From contig MU005958.1 in NCBI GenBank assembly GCA_010093745.1, positions 372,001 through 436,000 of the forward strand: a stretch of 64,000 nt of DNA, in the 5' to 3' direction. The notes under the pieces were generated by a model. That model was not told the DNA's origin. It did not search any database and saw nothing but the letters and a program-made list of their open reading frames with translations. This DNA comes from Piedraia hortae CBS 480.64 (lineage: Eukaryota). Below are positions 61,168 through 64,000 of the stretch, piece by piece (position 1 is the stretch's first letter; each line of letters opens with the position of its first letter). The translations under genes and the position numbers were made by a program.

Positions 61168-62859
61168 CTACAGTCCCGGTGGTGGAGGAACGTGGCTGTA
61201 TCCTCCCGTAGCATAGCTTCCTTCTGAACCCGGGGGTGGAGGTGGAGGTGGAGGCACGGCAGACTGGTCGCTTCCGCCCGCTCCCACTGGGCTTGCCTGG
61301 GCTGCGGCGTAATACTGAGCCATGTAAGAAGCCCAGACAGCTGCAAAGCCGCCGTAGGCAGTGTAAGGATCTGCCTCGGGGTGCTCTTGGTAGTATTGCA
61401 GCCAGGCCTGATATTGCTGAGGTGTCATGGTCTGCTGCTGTTGCCCTTGCTGGTAGTTTGGCTGATAGGCTTGGTTCGGCGCGTTGGAAGCCATTGGCGA
61501 CTGGATGTTTGCAGTGTAACCGCCGCCAGTGTACGGAGATCCATATGAATCCACCGGACCAGGCGTACGCTCACCACCCAGGACTGGGCGATCTCCTCCG
61601 TTGTGTCTACGCTCCTTATGTGCCTCGTATGATTGTTTGACTGATTCGAGCAGACTGAGGCATTGCTCCTTAGCAGCTTGCACTTGACTGGCATCGGGCC
61701 CGGCTACATGAAGGAACATGGCCTCGTCGCTTTCACGTCCAGTTTCGTTTTCGATAAAGCCACTTCCACGACCTTTGATCTGCACTCGACAGCCTGTTGA
61801 GTTCTGGATATGCTTAACATAGCTTCCTCCCGCCCCAACAACCTGCGCCCGAAGGTTAAAGCCGCTAATAGGCTCCAAATTGATGGGAATCTTCTCCTCC
61901 GGCCACTTACGTCGCCCGAGGTGATCTCGTTCGAATGGGGTCCCACGCTCTTGGCCATCAGGGCCAGCGCCATGGCGACGGAATCGTCTCTCGTCCACCA
62001 AGTTGGGTAGATCGACCTTCATGAGCTCTTCAATCTCTTCAACCGCCTTATCAAGCCCCTCCTTGGTGGTAGAGGTGACATGGAGATACAGTGGAGGGTT
62101 CTGCTCAGTGTCAGCATACCACTTACTCTTTGCCTGCAACACGTACAGCTGCCGTTGCGAGGCTTTTGTCGGGATAATAGTTTCCGCGGGTCGTGACATC
62201 TTTGATTACGTGAGCTGATAACTTACGAACCGAGTCAGTGGGTGCATACCGGCTCCAGTCTTTTCTTTGATCTAAATGGCACTTGTCAGCGAGACTCGAA
62301 GGGGCTGGATATGGTAAGCAATGCGTTGAACACGGCAAGTAATTTGCTGGAGATATCAGTGCATGCATTCGGGAGTAATTACCATCTTCTGTGTTGCTCC
62401 CTTGGTCAGGGTATAGCGGTTGCGCAGGTCATTGACTTCAATGTCCTTGATAAAGTCACCATCCTGTGTGTACACGTCGTTGTTGATATTGCTAGCCATC
62501 GGCGGTTGCGACGGCGACTTTGATCCTGAGCTGGCGGCCTGAGACATTAGTTCCGACCCGACTGCGGCCGACGCTTGGCCTACCGAGCGGATGGGCGGCA
62601 CATCGACGTGCTGCGGGATCTTCTTGGCGTTTATCATGGCATTAATCCTTGCTGCAGCTTCAGCTGCTCGAGAAGCTGCATCTAAAGCTGTTTTACTGTC
62701 CCGCTGCGGACTTGCCGCACCTGCGGGCAAACTGCGCTCACGCTGTGGTCGATGTCTGTCATCGTGACTGGGTGGAGACCGCGAGCGGCGATCAAAGCGC
62801 GTCCTCCTGACAGGCTCAGTCTTGTCGAATCGAGATCGTTTGCGCTGTTCTTCGGACAT
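61168..62859 (-). CDS. KH-domain RNA-binding protein (KHDC4/Blom7-like)
   Basis: DIEVNDLRNRYTLTKGATQ; GFNLRAQVVGAGGSYVKHIQ...VQIKGRGSGF. Introns 62539-62583, 62272-62382, 62200-62249 and about 62101-62146. Confidence 0.88.
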
Positions 62860-62996
62860 TGCAATGGGCTGCTGTGTTGTTGAGTTCAAGGTGAGGTTGA
62901 ATTAGGAATCAGCCGGTGGTCTGCAGGCTAGAGACTAGCGTGGGGCTAGTCTTCTTTGGGTTAGCGTGGCTGTGGTCCACACTCAATCTTTAATGA

Positions 62997-63005
62997 ATGA
63001 CTCAC
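62997..63005 (+). promoter_or_regulatory. Gcn4/CpcA-like binding site before ILV6
   Basis: ATGACTCAC (core TGACTCA) just upstream of a branched-chain amino acid biosynthesis gene, but unusually close to the start codon. Confidence 0.45.
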
Positions 63006-63017
63006 TTCATGTTTTCA

Positions 63018-64000
63018 ATGGCTGCACAACGAGCTCGTCTAGTCTTGGGAGCTGCTAAAACACGCACAACCATTCCAGGCAGACGCATAGCACAGAGAAG
63101 CTGGAAGTCCACCTCTGCAATTGAATACAAAGCGCTTCATCGCCGGATAACTCCATTGCCCACCGCTCCTGCCACTTCTGCCCTCTCGCCCGCTGCTGCT
63201 GTATCATCCATTATATACGAAACTCCTTTACCATCATCTGCACCTCCAACTCGCCATGTTCTCAACTGCTTGGTGCAAAACGAGCCCGGTGTGCTCGCTC
63301 GCGTTTCTGGTGTGCTTGCCGCGAGAAATTTCAACATCGATTCACTTGTTGTCTGCGCTACCGAAGTAAAAGATCTCTCGCGCATGACCATTGTCTTGCG
63401 AGGACACGATGGCGTTGTGGAACAAGCTCGTCGACAGCTAGAAGATCTTGTGCCGGTATGGGCTGTGCTCAATTACACCTCGGCGCCGCTGGTGCAGCGT
63501 GAGCTTCTGTTGGCAAAGATCTGCATCCTCGGCCCTGAATATTTCGAAGAGCTGCTTGCATATCACCAAGAGATTGCAGGCACTTCCCAGCTGCAGGACC
63601 CCGCAGTAGATAATGCAGTCGACCAGAGCACGTCCAAATCCTTCCGTGACTACCACCCTCGAAACCTAACCCCCAGTGAGGCTATGCGTCTAAAGCAGCA
63701 GCATTTGCAGACAATCACCTACTACACGCACCAATTCAAGGGCAAAGTACTGGACATCAGCACGAACAGCTGCATCGTTGAGTTGAGTGCTAAACCGGCC
63801 AGAGTCGATTCGTTCACAAAACTTATCAGTCCATTTGGCATTTTGGAGTCTTCCAGGACTGGTAAGTGGCACCGTTTTCCTATTGGGCTCACTAACAGCT
63901 TTGCCACAGGTTTGATGGCTCTGCCACGCTCGCCACTCGAGTCTGAGACTGAGGAAGAGCAACAAGCAGAGGAGGTAGTAGATACAGCTGCGCTTCCACC
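63018..64000 (+). CDS. ILV6: Acetolactate synthase regulatory subunit; runs off the window end (absent from the ORF track)
   Basis: HVLNCLVQNEPGVLARVSGVLAARNFNIDSLVV ACT domain and QARRQLEDLVPVWAV. In-frame intron 63862-63909. In-frame ATGs also at 62997 and 63009. Confidence 0.95.
   Translation, partial: MAAQRARLVLGAAKTRTTIPGRRIAQRSWKSTSAIEYKALHRRITPLPTAPATSALSPAAAVSSIIYETPLPSSAPPTRHVLNCLVQNEPGVLARVSGVLAARNFNIDSLVVCATEVKDLSRMTIVLRGHDGVVEQARRQLEDLVPVWAVLNYTSAPLVQRELLLAKICILGPEYFEELLAYHQEIAGTSQLQDPAVDNAVDQSTSKSFRDYHPRNLTPSEAMRLKQQHLQTITYYTHQFKGKVLDISTNSCIVELSAKPARVDSFTKLISPFGILESSRTGKWHRFPIGLTNSFATGLMALPRSPLESETEEEQQAEEVVDTAALP

Overview
Eukaryotic DNA from a filamentous ascomycete (Pezizomycotina, probably a Dothideomycete; organism not verified) with a very compact layout: about 31 intact protein genes, introns almost all 45-57 nt, and several intergenic gaps under 150 bp. 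Housekeeping genes include CEX1/SCY1-like, VTC1, p24, Tctex-1, CYT2, MVD1, MED18, KGD4, HEM2, SEC23, AVT2-like, GET1, RNR1, Ecl1, TatD, ANP1, ECM33, NDT1-like, QCR7, a VTC5-like SPX protein, a KH protein and ILV6. Two gene-poor patches (about 34.5-40 kb and 42.5-50.6 kb) hold decayed elements. The top finding is an unannotated intron-encoded box C/D RNA (minus strand, about 4820-4930) whose two guides match spliceosomal snRNAs rather than rRNA. By the +5 rule they point at the equivalents of U5-U41 and U2-U47, both known 2'-O-methylated positions in vertebrates. The second finding is an internally deleted pogo/Fot1 transposon sitting exactly on the axis of an old, diverged palindrome of at least 0.6 kb per arm. 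A probable LINE 3' end and a possible tyrosine-recombinase fossil are also present. All calls come from manual reading and motif recall; no searches were run.
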